Source: an uncultured Anaerolineales bacterium (GTDB lineage Bacteria > Chloroflexota > Anaerolineae > CG2-30-64-16). From it: a stretch of 51,962 nt of DNA. This document shows positions 38,579 to 47,577 of the stretch, piece after piece (within the stretch, counting starts at the first letter, position 1; every line of letters begins with the position of its first letter). The position numbers and the translations under genes were made by a program. The notes under the pieces are model-generated. The model was not told where the DNA came from. It ran no database searches and saw only the letters and a program-made list of their open reading frames with translations. The DNA lies in assembly GCA_964387985.1 (NCBI GenBank), contig CAYLZG010000009.1:9811-61772 (forward strand), written 5' to 3'.

Positions 38579-39109
38579 TCATTCGTTGTCCGGGAAGGCA
38601 AAACCAACCGCCAGCCTCCCCAGCGCAGTCTCGCCATCGGCCTCAATCTTGAACTTAACGATCTCGCCCTCTCTGTTATGCGGCATGATGATGCCGACGG
38701 GGCTCTGCATGGCCAGGGCATATTCGCCCGGCGCCAGGTTGTCGACCGAGAAGTGCCCTCGTGCATCGGTCTCGACATGGACATCGTTCAGCGGATCGAC
38801 CGCCGCGAACGCAACGCCGCTGTGATCCTCAATCAGGGCGGGATAAATCAGGATGCCCTTGAGCGGCGTCCCATCGAGGCGTTCCAACTCCCCCCATAAA
38901 GAGCCCATGCCCGAAGTCCGCGGCGCCTTGGTGGCAGCCACAACCGGCGATGGCAGCGGGCTGATAGCCAGCATGGCATCCGGAGATGCCTGGGGTGAGA
39001 GCATCGGCATTGGCGTCGGCGCCACGGCGGGATACGGAACGCAGCCGGCGAGCGCCATCAGTGCGATGGAGAGGTAGATGAGTCGAAAAACAGGCTTTCT
39101 GACGGACAT
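38579..39109 (-). CDS. Lipoprotein with Pro/Ser/Thr-rich linker and carboxypeptidase-regulatory-like beta-sandwich
   Basis: Lipobox LAGC after a basic, hydrophobic leader. G.L...DG.PL…TDARGHF...NLAPGEYAL motif. Start moved to ATG 39109 (GAGG RBS). Confidence 0.8.
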   Translation of the reverse strand: MSVRKPVFRLIYLSIALMALAGCVPYPAVAPTPMPMLSPQASPDAMLAISPLPSPVVAATKAPRTSGMGSLWGELERLDGTPLKGILIYPALIEDHSGVAFAAVDPLNDVHVETDARGHFSVDNLAPGEYALAMQSPVGIIMPHNREGEIVKFKIEADGETALGRLAVGFAFPDNE

Positions 39110-39142
39110 GCAATCCTCAAGAACGGGCGGCCCACTATGACA

Positions 39143-39183
39143 GAAAAAGAGAGGGGCCGCACGAAGCACCGCCCCTCTCTTCT
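39143..39183 (-). terminator. Rho-independent terminator after the S-layer-like gene
   Basis: Minus strand AGAGAGGGGC…GCCCCTCTCT stem followed by TTTT. Confidence 0.85.
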
Positions 39184-39201
39184 CGGGCAAAACGCTTAGG
39201 T

Positions 39202-40599
39202 TTAGTAGTTGAAAGCGTCGTAGGTTGCGAATTGGTCGCCAGCCACACTCAGGCTGAGTTGGTTGACGATCGCCGCAATGCTTCCGTTACCGGTAATGGT
39301 CGCAGAACCGATGTACTTGTTGGTGCCCCAGGCCCCACCGCTCTGCAGGATGGTCTTAGACTCGCCCGCTGCAAGGGTGAAGGTCTCATCCACAGGTGCA
39401 AAGGCTCCAGCCGTATTCGCGCCATAATCCAGGGTTACAGTCACCGAGCCAGCGCTTACATTCTGCACCTGGATGCCGGTGAAGTAGGTGCTATTGTTGG
39501 CCATGACCAGCGGGGCGCTGATCTTGGTGGTGGCGGCGGCCGGGTTGAATCCCTCGTAGGCCGAACCGAAGGCCGGTGTCGGTCGCAGCTGGTTCACGAT
39601 AGCCACCAATGGCTGGCTGTTGGTATTGGTGATCGTCGCGCCGCCGATGTACTTGTTGGTGCCCCAGGCTCCACCACTCTGCAGAATGGTCTTGGAGGCG
39701 CCGGCTGCCAAATCAAACGTCTCATCCGCGGGATCAAAGGCGCCAGCCGTGTTAGGCGCGTAGGCGACGGTCACGCTGGTGGTGGTGGTGCCCACATTTT
39801 GCACCTGAATGCCGCTGAAGAAGCCATTGTTGTTGGCAAAAATCAACGGAAGGGCCACCGTGGCCGAGCCCTGGGTGAAGCTGCCGTAGCCCAGTAGCGT
39901 CTTGGTGCCGGTCGTGTTGACCTGCATAAGGGTGGCAACCACGGGCTGGTCGCTGGTGATCTTCGCCGAGCCGATGAATTTGCCGCTGCCATCCTGCAGG
40001 GTGCTGCAGTTCACGGTCGTGCTGCCCGCGGTTTGGTCGAAGATCTTCGCGGCGCCCGGCGGGATCGTGGCGCCTTCACTGCGAGCGGTGCCGTTGCTGC
40101 CAGGGACATAGTTGACGGTGATGGTGGCAAGGGACGCGCCCGCATTCTGCACGCTGAAGAAGGTGTCGAACCCGCTGTTGTTGCACATGACCAGCGGCAG
40201 GTTGATCTCAGTGGCGCCGGCCTGGAAGCCGTTGGTCGCAGCGAGATAGTCCCCCGGACCTGAGCCCAGGAGATTGCTGATCGCGCGGAGTTCCGTGCTG
40301 GAGGTGACCACCAGCGAACCAGTGAAACCGGAAGAAGTTGGAACAGGGAAGACGGTCTTTGAGCCGTTTGCAGGAACGGTAACCTGCGGCGCCGGCGACA
40401 CATCCAACGTCCCATCTGCCTTGTAGAATTCCAGGTACGCAACGGCGTCGGTGCCCTCCAGGTTCTGGATCTGGATACCGGTCTGGTAGGTGACTGCCAC
40501 ATCAACCGCATCCACCCCGGTCTGTGCACCGACAACACCGAAAGTGAACAGGCTGAGAACCAGCGCGGCCAAGAGAGCCAAACGTACGACTTTGTTCAT
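39202..40599 (-). CDS. Secreted Ala/Thr/Gly/Asn-rich protein with four internal beta-sandwich-like repeats; S-layer/envelope protein candidate
   Basis: Signal peptide MNKVVRLALLAALVLSLFTFGVVGA. Four 'GIQ(I/V)QN…S(A/L).(I/V)T…A(I/L)(V/S)N'-type repeats; repeats 3 and 4 share KTILQSGGAWGTNKYIG. AGGAGG RBS and its own terminator. Confidence 0.7.
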   Translation of the reverse strand: MNKVVRLALLAALVLSLFTFGVVGAQTGVDAVDVAVTYQTGIQIQNLEGTDAVAYLEFYKADGTLDVSPAPQVTVPANGSKTVFPVPTSSGFTGSLVVTSSTELRAISNLLGSGPGDYLAATNGFQAGATEINLPLVMCNNSGFDTFFSVQNAGASLATITVNYVPGSNGTARSEGATIPPGAAKIFDQTAGSTTVNCSTLQDGSGKFIGSAKITSDQPVVATLMQVNTTGTKTLLGYGSFTQGSATVALPLIFANNNGFFSGIQVQNVGTTTTSVTVAYAPNTAGAFDPADETFDLAAGASKTILQSGGAWGTNKYIGGATITNTNSQPLVAIVNQLRPTPAFGSAYEGFNPAAATTKISAPLVMANNSTYFTGIQVQNVSAGSVTVTLDYGANTAGAFAPVDETFTLAAGESKTILQSGGAWGTNKYIGSATITGNGSIAAIVNQLSLSVAGDQFATYDAFNY

Positions 40600-40748
40600 A
40601 ACCATCCTCCTGTTGGAATGAGTCTTGAGATTCGCCTGAATGCGGCCCGTTTGGGCCAAGAGTTATGAGGACCAAACCTTCTCTGCCGATTCATGCAGGC
40701 TGCAGCTTAGTCCTTCTGGCCCCGGAATGCAATAACCCGAATGCAGTA

Positions 40749-41660
40749 TTATGGGCGATCAACCACTTCCGCCACGTATGCCAGGCTTCCGGCGATCACA
40801 TCCAGCAGTGTAATCAGCACGCGCGCGCTCAGCGCGACCAAGACGGCCACACCAGGCGATGCCAGGCGGCCCAACAAAGCCGTGATAGTCACTTCCGTGA
40901 CGCCGAAGCCGCTGGGCAGAAAAATGGTCAGCATCGAGGCGGTGCCTGCCACGGACCACGCACCGATGACATTGGGCAGAAGATTCAAAGCGGGCGCCTG
41001 AAAAATGGCCAGGATGGCAAACAGCAGAACACCGCCCACCACCCAGACCACCACATACAACAGCAGCCAGGAATAAATCTTGGCCAGCGAGATGGCGGGC
41101 CCTGCGCCTTCCCTGGTAGCGCGCTGCAAGATCCGGCGCAGCGTGACGGGATTCAGCAGTCCGGCGAGGAGCAGGCCGCCAGCGCCGAGCCAGATCCAAC
41201 GGCGTTCGGGCATGGCTACCATCAAGAAGGGCACGGCGATCACCAGCCCGGAAAGCCAGGTCAACGCGCCCTCCACCGCACTGCCAACCACGACCGCACG
41301 CGAAGAGATGCCTGCACGACTGTACAGGGCTGCGCGGCCGCCCACATACCAGAGCGTACCAGGCAGCCGTTTGGCCGCATTGGCGAGGCAGAAGATGCGT
41401 GCGTGACGCGCCAGGCCCAGGCGACCGCCCAAGCTGGCCATGATGGACGCCCACCCGACGATGACGAGCGCCAGATCCACCGCATACCAGGCCGCCACTG
41501 CCAACAGCAGCCGCGCATCAGCCCGCAGCAGATGAGCGACCAGCACATCCCGCTCCCGATACACGATATAGCCGACGAAGGCCAGGCAGACGGCCGTCAG
41601 CAGTAGCCCTGCTGCCGAGAACAGGGTGCGCCGGTCAAGATTGCGCCAGCGCTCCTTCAC
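40749..41660 (-). CDS. UPF0104 / lysylphosphatidylglycerol-synthase-TM (AglD-like) flippase-type membrane protein
   Basis: N.AK.LPG.LW..GGR, PSGFGVTE and R.L.T..D motifs. GTGA overlap with the upstream stop. Confidence 0.85.
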   Translation of the reverse strand: MKERWRNLDRRTLFSAAGLLLTAVCLAFVGYIVYRERDVLVAHLLRADARLLLAVAAWYAVDLALVIVGWASIMASLGGRLGLARHARIFCLANAAKRLPGTLWYVGGRAALYSRAGISSRAVVVGSAVEGALTWLSGLVIAVPFLMVAMPERRWIWLGAGGLLLAGLLNPVTLRRILQRATREGAGPAISLAKIYSWLLLYVVVWVVGGVLLFAILAIFQAPALNLLPNVIGAWSVAGTASMLTIFLPSGFGVTEVTITALLGRLASPGVAVLVALSARVLITLLDVIAGSLAYVAEVVDRP

Positions 41661-42388
41661 GTTTCCGCTCTCTTGCACAGGAAGACGTGACAGTTGGCCA
41701 GGTTCAGCGGCAGCACCAGGCTGGCGACGAGATGTGCGATCTTGCGCGGGCGGCGCAGATACCAGCCCCAGTCTACACGGGTGCGCGGGATGGTGATTTC
41801 ATACTTCACGACCCGCTCCACGCTCAGCCCGCTCTGCTCCAACATGCGCGTCCATCCTACCCTGGTGTTGTAGCGCTGGATCGGTTGGCCGTCATCGAAG
41901 GCATCACCATGCCCGGCCGCATAAGTCACGTTGCCGAAGAGGCTGAAGGTGTTGGGCAACAAGATGCATGCCACGCCGTCGCTGCGCAATGTGCGGCAGA
42001 TCTCCTGCATGCCGGCCAAGGGGTCGACAAAATGCTCAAGGCTGCCAATGCAGGTGACATAACCAAAATGCCGGTCAGGAAATGGCAGGCGCGCGCCGTC
42101 ACCCACACAGAAGCAGGCGCGCCCGGTAGCAGATCGCGCCCGGCGGATGGCCGTGCCAGAGAAATCCAGCCCGTAGGCCTGGACCTGTGCCTGCCGGGCA
42201 AAATCCACCAGCGCGCCCTGGCCGCAGGAAACATCCAATAGCTGCCTGCCGGGCCGGGGATTCATCAGCTTCAACAGCCAGAGGTAGAAGGAATCCTGCA
42301 AGCGGATGCCTGCATCGCCGTAGATGTCATCGTAGGCGTGCTGGCTCTCCTCGCGATCGCGGATCTGCGGGTGCCAAATCTCAATCAT
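41657..42388 (-). CDS. Class I SAM-dependent methyltransferase
   Basis: LLDVSCGQG, GDG..LPF.D and GSLEHF.DP motifs. Confidence 0.9.
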   Translation of the reverse strand: MIEIWHPQIRDREESQHAYDDIYGDAGIRLQDSFYLWLLKLMNPRPGRQLLDVSCGQGALVDFARQAQVQAYGLDFSGTAIRRARSATGRACFCVGDGARLPFPDRHFGYVTCIGSLEHFVDPLAGMQEICRTLRSDGVACILLPNTFSLFGNVTYAAGHGDAFDDGQPIQRYNTRVGWTRMLEQSGLSVERVVKYEITIPRTRVDWGWYLRRPRKIAHLVASLVLPLNLANCHVFLCKRAET

Positions 42389-43359
42389 GTCGGCATCTCT
42401 TCTGCATCCTGGCCGCCCATCCCAGGCTGCGCCACGATCATCATCTCCGAGCCCAGCCCAAGCGTATCGGTCAACGCCAACGGCAGGGCCAAGGCCAGTC
42501 GCGCGACCGGGTTGTCGAACAGCCGCAACAAAAGCCCACGCAGGAGAGGACGAGCGATGGTTGTATCGGCCCAGAAGCGCAGGCTGAGGAGACCCACGAA
42601 ATAGCTACCGCTGCCCGTGTGGAACCGGCGCAGGACGAAGCCTGCTTTTTGCAGGATGCGCAGCGCGGTCTGGCGAGAGAAGATGGCCAGGTGGCGCGGT
42701 GAGTCCAGTCCTGCCCAGTACGGCCCGAAAACGCGCGCATCCCAGCTGTCCAAAGAGGGCGTACGGAGGATCAGCACGCCGTCCGGAGCCAGGATGCGCC
42801 GGATCTCGACCAGCATCGCCAGCGGGTCGTAGAGATGTTCGAAGACATCCCACAGGGTCACAACATCGAACTGGCTATCCGGGAAGCACGCCGATGCCAG
42901 ATCGCCATGATGGACCGCAATGCCGTAGTTCCTCCGCGCAAAGTCCGCGGCAGACTCGCTGGGTTCCACGCCTGCCACTTCCCAGCCAGGAAACCCTCGC
43001 ATCTCGGCCAGGAACATCCCCGTCGCACATCCTACGTCCAGCAACCGCCCAGCTCTCCGGTAGCGCAGGACCAGGCGGCGCCGCTTGCGGAGACCATAAC
43101 GCACGCTCAGGCGCAACAGAGACGGCATATCGCTCAGCTTCTGCGAGATAAAAGGCTCGTACGCTTCGGGATAGTATCGACCCATTTCTGTTGGGAGCGG
43201 CCGCGGGCTGAGGTAGACCAGTCCGCAGCGAGCGCAGCGCACCAGGCGAAACTCGCCCGGCACGCCGCACAAGCGGTCACGAGTGTCATGGAGCGACGTG
43301 TGGTCTGCGCTGCCGCACAGCAGACAGGATGTGATCTCGGAACGGACGGCCTCAGCCAC
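42385..43359 (-). CDS. Class I SAM-dependent methyltransferase with N-terminal Zn-ribbon
   Basis: CxxC…CxxCGL.Y..PRP, LLDVGCATG, WDVFEHL.DP and PRHL..FS motifs. Confidence 0.92.
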   Translation of the reverse strand: MAEAVRSEITSCLLCGSADHTSLHDTRDRLCGVPGEFRLVRCARCGLVYLSPRPLPTEMGRYYPEAYEPFISQKLSDMPSLLRLSVRYGLRKRRRLVLRYRRAGRLLDVGCATGMFLAEMRGFPGWEVAGVEPSESAADFARRNYGIAVHHGDLASACFPDSQFDVVTLWDVFEHLYDPLAMLVEIRRILAPDGVLILRTPSLDSWDARVFGPYWAGLDSPRHLAIFSRQTALRILQKAGFVLRRFHTGSGSYFVGLLSLRFWADTTIARPLLRGLLLRLFDNPVARLALALPLALTDTLGLGSEMMIVAQPGMGGQDAEEMPT

Positions 43360-44257
43360 CGCGTGCCTCCGGCGCCAGGGGGATCCGATAGCCTTCCAGC
43401 GCGCCGCGTATCAGTGCTGCCGCTTGGGCGCGCTGCCCGCGCGCGATGAACCGGACCCACATCGCTGCTGTCTTGACAGCCACGAACCCGTGAGCCAGCG
43501 CCGCATCTCGGTGATGGGTATGCTTGCGATAGAAGATCACTTGCCCCCGCGCACGCCAGAACACCTGGCTGACCCCGACCTGTCCGGCACTGGCCGACAC
43601 CTTGTGCCACATCCGTGCCGCAGGGATGCAGAACACGCGGTAGCCAGCTCTTGCGGCCCGTTTGAAGTAATCCGCGTCCTCGTAGTACATGAAGAAATGC
43701 TCGTCAAAGCAGCCAATGGCGTCAATCACTTCGCGGCGCACCAGCATACCGCAACCAGTGCCGTAGGTTACTTCGACGAGATCGTTCGCCACCTCGCGAT
43801 CCGGGATGCGCCGCGGGATGGGCAGCCAGCGGCGGTCACGATCTCCCAGGCGCCAGACACGATCGGCTGGTTCCATGTAGTAGATCGCGGGACACAAGAT
43901 GCCGGCCTCGGGATGCGCCTCGGCCGCCTGCCCCAAGACCGCCAGCATTTGCGGATCCACCACGGTGTCGTTGTTGAGGATCAAAGCCCCAGCGCCACCA
44001 CGCTCCAACGCGTAACGCATCCCGGCATTGACTGCGGCGGCAAACCCCAGGTTGCGCTGCATCTGCAGTTGGATCACCCGCGATCCGAACGCGGCATTCA
44101 GCGCTGCGGGCGAGTCGTCGGTGGATGCATTATCCACCACGATCACCGACACATCCAGGCCTTCGGCAGCCCTGAAAAGCGACTCGACACAGGCGGTGGT
44201 GTCAATCGCCAAGCTCCAATTGGGTATGACCACATACAACGGAAAAATGCCGCTCAC
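43352..44257 (-). CDS. Glycosyltransferase family 2 (rhamnosyltransferase-like)
   Basis: VVDNAS.D, NLGFAAAVNAG, LNNDT and FDE.FFMYYEDAD motifs. GTG start at 44257 by GTGA overlap. Confidence 0.9.
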   Translation of the reverse strand: MSGIFPLYVVIPNWSLAIDTTACVESLFRAAEGLDVSVIVVDNASTDDSPAALNAAFGSRVIQLQMQRNLGFAAAVNAGMRYALERGGAGALILNNDTVVDPQMLAVLGQAAEAHPEAGILCPAIYYMEPADRVWRLGDRDRRWLPIPRRIPDREVANDLVEVTYGTGCGMLVRREVIDAIGCFDEHFFMYYEDADYFKRAARAGYRVFCIPAARMWHKVSASAGQVGVSQVFWRARGQVIFYRKHTHHRDAALAHGFVAVKTAAMWVRFIARGQRAQAAALIRGALEGYRIPLAPEARGG

Positions 44258-45417
44258 GCGTGGGGCCCCCAAACCTGGCGGTAAATCGCTTCAACTCGAT
44301 TGGTGGCTTCGACCAGGTCAAACAGCGAAAATGCCCGCTTGCGCCCAGCTTCGCCCAACCGCCGCGCAAGGTCATCGTCACCGAGCACTTGGGCCAGCGC
44401 GGCGGCGAGTGCGGAACTGTCGGCCGGGGTCACGGCGATGCCTCCGGGCCCAACCACCTCTCCGGCCGCGCCGCCGGTCGTGGTGACGACCGGTATGCCT
44501 GCAGCCATCGCCTCGATGAGCGGGAACCCGACTCCTTCCAACAACGTCGGCAGGACCAACACATCCGCAGCGGCATAGTACCACGGAAGGTCATTTTCGG
44601 GCACATAACCTGCCAGGATCGTACGAGCCCGCGCGTCACCCAGCGCGGCCTCGAAACGCTCCCGATAGCCTGCCTCCCATTTGCCCACCATGAGCAGTTG
44701 TACCGGCGGCATTGCGTGGATGGCCTGCGCGAGGTACTCGACCCCTTTGCGCGGGGTGGAAAACCCCACGTAGAGCACCACCGGCATCTCGCCGGACAGG
44801 CCCAGGCGTGTGCGCGCTGCGTGCGAGGGTGGCAGTGCTCTGAATCGCTCGAGATCCAGGCCGGGATAGACCAGCGTCATGCGCGCTGGGTTCGCCCCGT
44901 AGTGCTGCACGAACTCGGCTTGCGTCGCCTGGCTGGGCATGAGGATATGACTGGCCCGGCGGACGCTGGGCTGCTCCATCAACCAGCGGGCAGCGGTGTA
45001 GTAGCCGCGGCGAAAGAGAAGGTTGCGCCAGCTCGTATGGTAGGGTTGGCCGCCCGCACTGGTCAAACGCTGCCGGAACGATTGAAATGCACTGGCAACA
45101 TAAGGGCCGCGGTAGGCGTAGGCGAAGTGCACGTCGGCGAAATGCACGACATCGAACCGAAACCGCTGCCTGTCCAGGTGCCTGGCTGCCTGCCACCCCA
45201 GGCCGATCCAATCCGCCCGTCCCACGGGCACGCGCACCACACGCAGCGCCTCGGACTGGGGGATTTGCTCCACGTGGGCGGCGGCTGACCGTTCGGCCGC
45301 AATCACAGTGACCTCATGCCCGGCCGCGACCAGCCCGCGTCCCAGGTTCTCGACATAGATGGTCAGGCCGGACGAACGAAACGGCGGGAAATCCAGGGTG
45401 ACCAGGCAGACGCGCAT
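44254..45417 (-). CDS. Glycosyltransferase family 4
   Basis: MRV.LV..DFPP..SG, RKG and EGVGFPLIEAMAAG motifs. Confidence 0.92.
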   Translation of the reverse strand: MRVCLVTLDFPPFRSSGLTIYVENLGRGLVAAGHEVTVIAAERSAAAHVEQIPQSEALRVVRVPVGRADWIGLGWQAARHLDRQRFRFDVVHFADVHFAYAYRGPYVASAFQSFRQRLTSAGGQPYHTSWRNLLFRRGYYTAARWLMEQPSVRRASHILMPSQATQAEFVQHYGANPARMTLVYPGLDLERFRALPPSHAARTRLGLSGEMPVVLYVGFSTPRKGVEYLAQAIHAMPPVQLLMVGKWEAGYRERFEAALGDARARTILAGYVPENDLPWYYAAADVLVLPTLLEGVGFPLIEAMAAGIPVVTTTGGAAGEVVGPGGIAVTPADSSALAAALAQVLGDDDLARRLGEAGRKRAFSLFDLVEATNRVEAIYRQVWGPHA

Positions 45418-46478
45418 TACAACTCCCGGATCAGCTCGGCCAATTGATGCGCGATGATGGATGTGGACACGCGGCTTTCGAAGCGCGCGCGACCACCTGC
45501 AGCCAAGCGAGACCGCAGTGCTACATCCTCAGCCAGTGTCAGAACTGCACCCGCCAGGGCTGCCGGATCGCCCATCGGTACGGCCAGCACATCCTCGCCC
45601 GGCACAAACAGCTCACGCGTGGCCGCATTGTCACCGACAATCGTGGGCTTGCCCATAGCGACAAACTGGAATGTCTTGGTGGCAATCACGCGGCTGGCCT
45701 TGGGAATCGTTGAGAAATGGCCGCCCAGACAGATATCGGCGGCTGCAATGTGATCTGGCAGCCGCTCGGTGGGTATCCAACCAACAAAATCAACGTTATG
45801 CAGCTCCAGGCTGGCCGCCAGTTGCTGGGCCTGGCGCAGGCCAGGCCCGTCACCGCCAACTGTGAAGTGGATCGCCGGCTGATCAAGGAGCAACTCAGCT
45901 GCCCGCAGGATCGTGAGCGCGCCGTGCAGGGGCAAGAAGGCGCCATAATAGAAGACCTCGCAGCCTTCCCTGAGTGCAGCCGGCGGCCGCGGAAAAAACA
46001 GGCGCTCGTCACAGCCAACATATACCGGCGTAATCTTATCGTACGGCACGGAAAAAGAATCGTGGAAATAGGCCGCATCCGCCGCCGTGTCAGTCAATAC
46101 AAGATCTGCGACCTTACAGCTCTCTGCATCGAGCCAGAAAGCAAGCCGCCCCGGAATTGAGGCGGGCTCAAAGCGTTGGCGATCTTCGCAAAGCGTGTCG
46201 TAGGTCGACACAAACGCATCGAGCACAACGGGTTTGCGTTGCACCCGGCTCAATGCGATCGCCAACGGCTGCCCATAGAAACCCGCAAATACGACATCAT
46301 AGGGAGGATGTTGGACAATGGTGCGCGCCAGGCCAGCTGCACTGCGCACGAGGGTGCCGTTCAGTTGCGACGTAAAGATGATCACGTCATGATGCAGACG
46401 CAAAGCGGCCAACAGGACCCGGTTGCGAATATAACCTATTTCGCGGCCGGAGATGAACAGGATGCGGGGACGATTCAT
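45417..46478 (-). CDS. Glycosyltransferase family 4
   Basis: Y.RNRV, YYG.F.PLHG and K..RVI.TK.FQ..AMGKP motifs. Confidence 0.9.
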   Translation of the reverse strand: MNRPRILFISGREIGYIRNRVLLAALRLHHDVIIFTSQLNGTLVRSAAGLARTIVQHPPYDVVFAGFYGQPLAIALSRVQRKPVVLDAFVSTYDTLCEDRQRFEPASIPGRLAFWLDAESCKVADLVLTDTAADAAYFHDSFSVPYDKITPVYVGCDERLFFPRPPAALREGCEVFYYGAFLPLHGALTILRAAELLLDQPAIHFTVGGDGPGLRQAQQLAASLELHNVDFVGWIPTERLPDHIAAADICLGGHFSTIPKASRVIATKTFQFVAMGKPTIVGDNAATRELFVPGEDVLAVPMGDPAALAGAVLTLAEDVALRSRLAAGGRARFESRVSTSIIAHQLAELIREL

Positions 46479-46499
46479 GCGCGAAGATTCAACGCCGGC

Positions 46500-47453
46500 C
46501 TACATGCCTGTCCGTCGCCAGGGCCTGGCGCGGCGTTCCCGGTACACCATCTCTTCCAGCATCTTCCGATTCATGCTCACAGAATCTGCCACCAACCCGA
46601 TCAAACCGACCTGAAACCCGACAATACTCAGGATCGCGGCCAGAATCAGTGACTGGACGTGCCCGGCGCCGCCTCCGCCGATATAGAACCAGAGGAATCG
46701 CAAGCCAAGCACCAAAGCTGCGCCCACAAGTAGCGCACTGGTGGTCATGAACACGCGCAACGGTCGATACATCGTGTAGAACCGGACGATGGTGATCGTC
46801 GAAAGCAACAAGAACGAGGGTATGTTTCTGATCAACCGGGATTCGCGCGTCCGCAGATTCGTTCGAACAGACACGTACGCGACCTTCATGCCGCGCTGCC
46901 CTGCCTGGATCAATGTCTCCAACGTATAGGTGTACTCGCTCAACACGGTCAGTCTCAACGCAGCCTCGCGACTGAAAGCTCGAAACCCGCTGGTTGCATC
47001 TGGAATCGGCGTACCGGCAGCTTTCTCCACCACCCAGCTGCCCAATCTTTGTAGGAAACGCTTGAACGGCGAGAACTCAGCGTGCGTCGCAACGCCGCGA
47101 TCACCCACTACGATGTCAGCCCAGCCCGCCAGAATCGGCTCCACCAACTTTCCGATGTCCGTACCGGCGTACTGGTTGTCCCCATCCGTGTTGACGATTA
47201 TATCCGCTCCGGCCGCCAGCGAAGCATCGATGCCGCTCTGGAACGCGGCAGCCAACCCCCGGTTATGGCGATGCTGTATGATGTGGTGGACGCCCAACGT
47301 ACGCGCGATCTCGACCGTGTGATCGGTGCTTCCATCATCGACGATCAAGTACTCGACTACATCGATGCCGGCCAATGTGCGCGGTAAATCGGCCACGGTC
47401 TGCGGCAGCGTCTCTTCTTCATTGTAGCAGGGAATCTGAATCACTAACTTCAC
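46500..47453 (-). CDS. GT2 polyprenol-phosphate glycosyltransferase (DPM-synthase-like) with C-terminal TM helices
   Basis: IPCYNEE, DDGSTD, N.GL..AF..G, DGDNQY and DATSGFRA motifs, plus two C-terminal TMs. GTG start at 47453. Confidence 0.9.
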   Translation of the reverse strand: MKLVIQIPCYNEEETLPQTVADLPRTLAGIDVVEYLIVDDGSTDHTVEIARTLGVHHIIQHRHNRGLAAAFQSGIDASLAAGADIIVNTDGDNQYAGTDIGKLVEPILAGWADIVVGDRGVATHAEFSPFKRFLQRLGSWVVEKAAGTPIPDATSGFRAFSREAALRLTVLSEYTYTLETLIQAGQRGMKVAYVSVRTNLRTRESRLIRNIPSFLLLSTITIVRFYTMYRPLRVFMTTSALLVGAALVLGLRFLWFYIGGGGAGHVQSLILAAILSIVGFQVGLIGLVADSVSMNRKMLEEMVYRERRARPWRRTGM

Positions 47454-47504
47454 GGCGATTCTCGGGCTCGGCCTCGCGCTCTTCCGAAAGCACGTTCGCC
47501 GCAC

Positions 47505-47534
47505 ATTTTAGCACACCTGGCAAGTCGCAGCCAA
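47505..47534 (-). promoter_or_regulatory. Putative extended -10 promoter for the GT operon
   Basis: Minus strand TTGGCT-N18-TAAAAT with TG-C directly before the -10. Confidence 0.45.
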
Positions 47535-47577
47535 GCAGGCGGTCGATTACAATTCAGTACCGCGCGGTTTTGATGCT

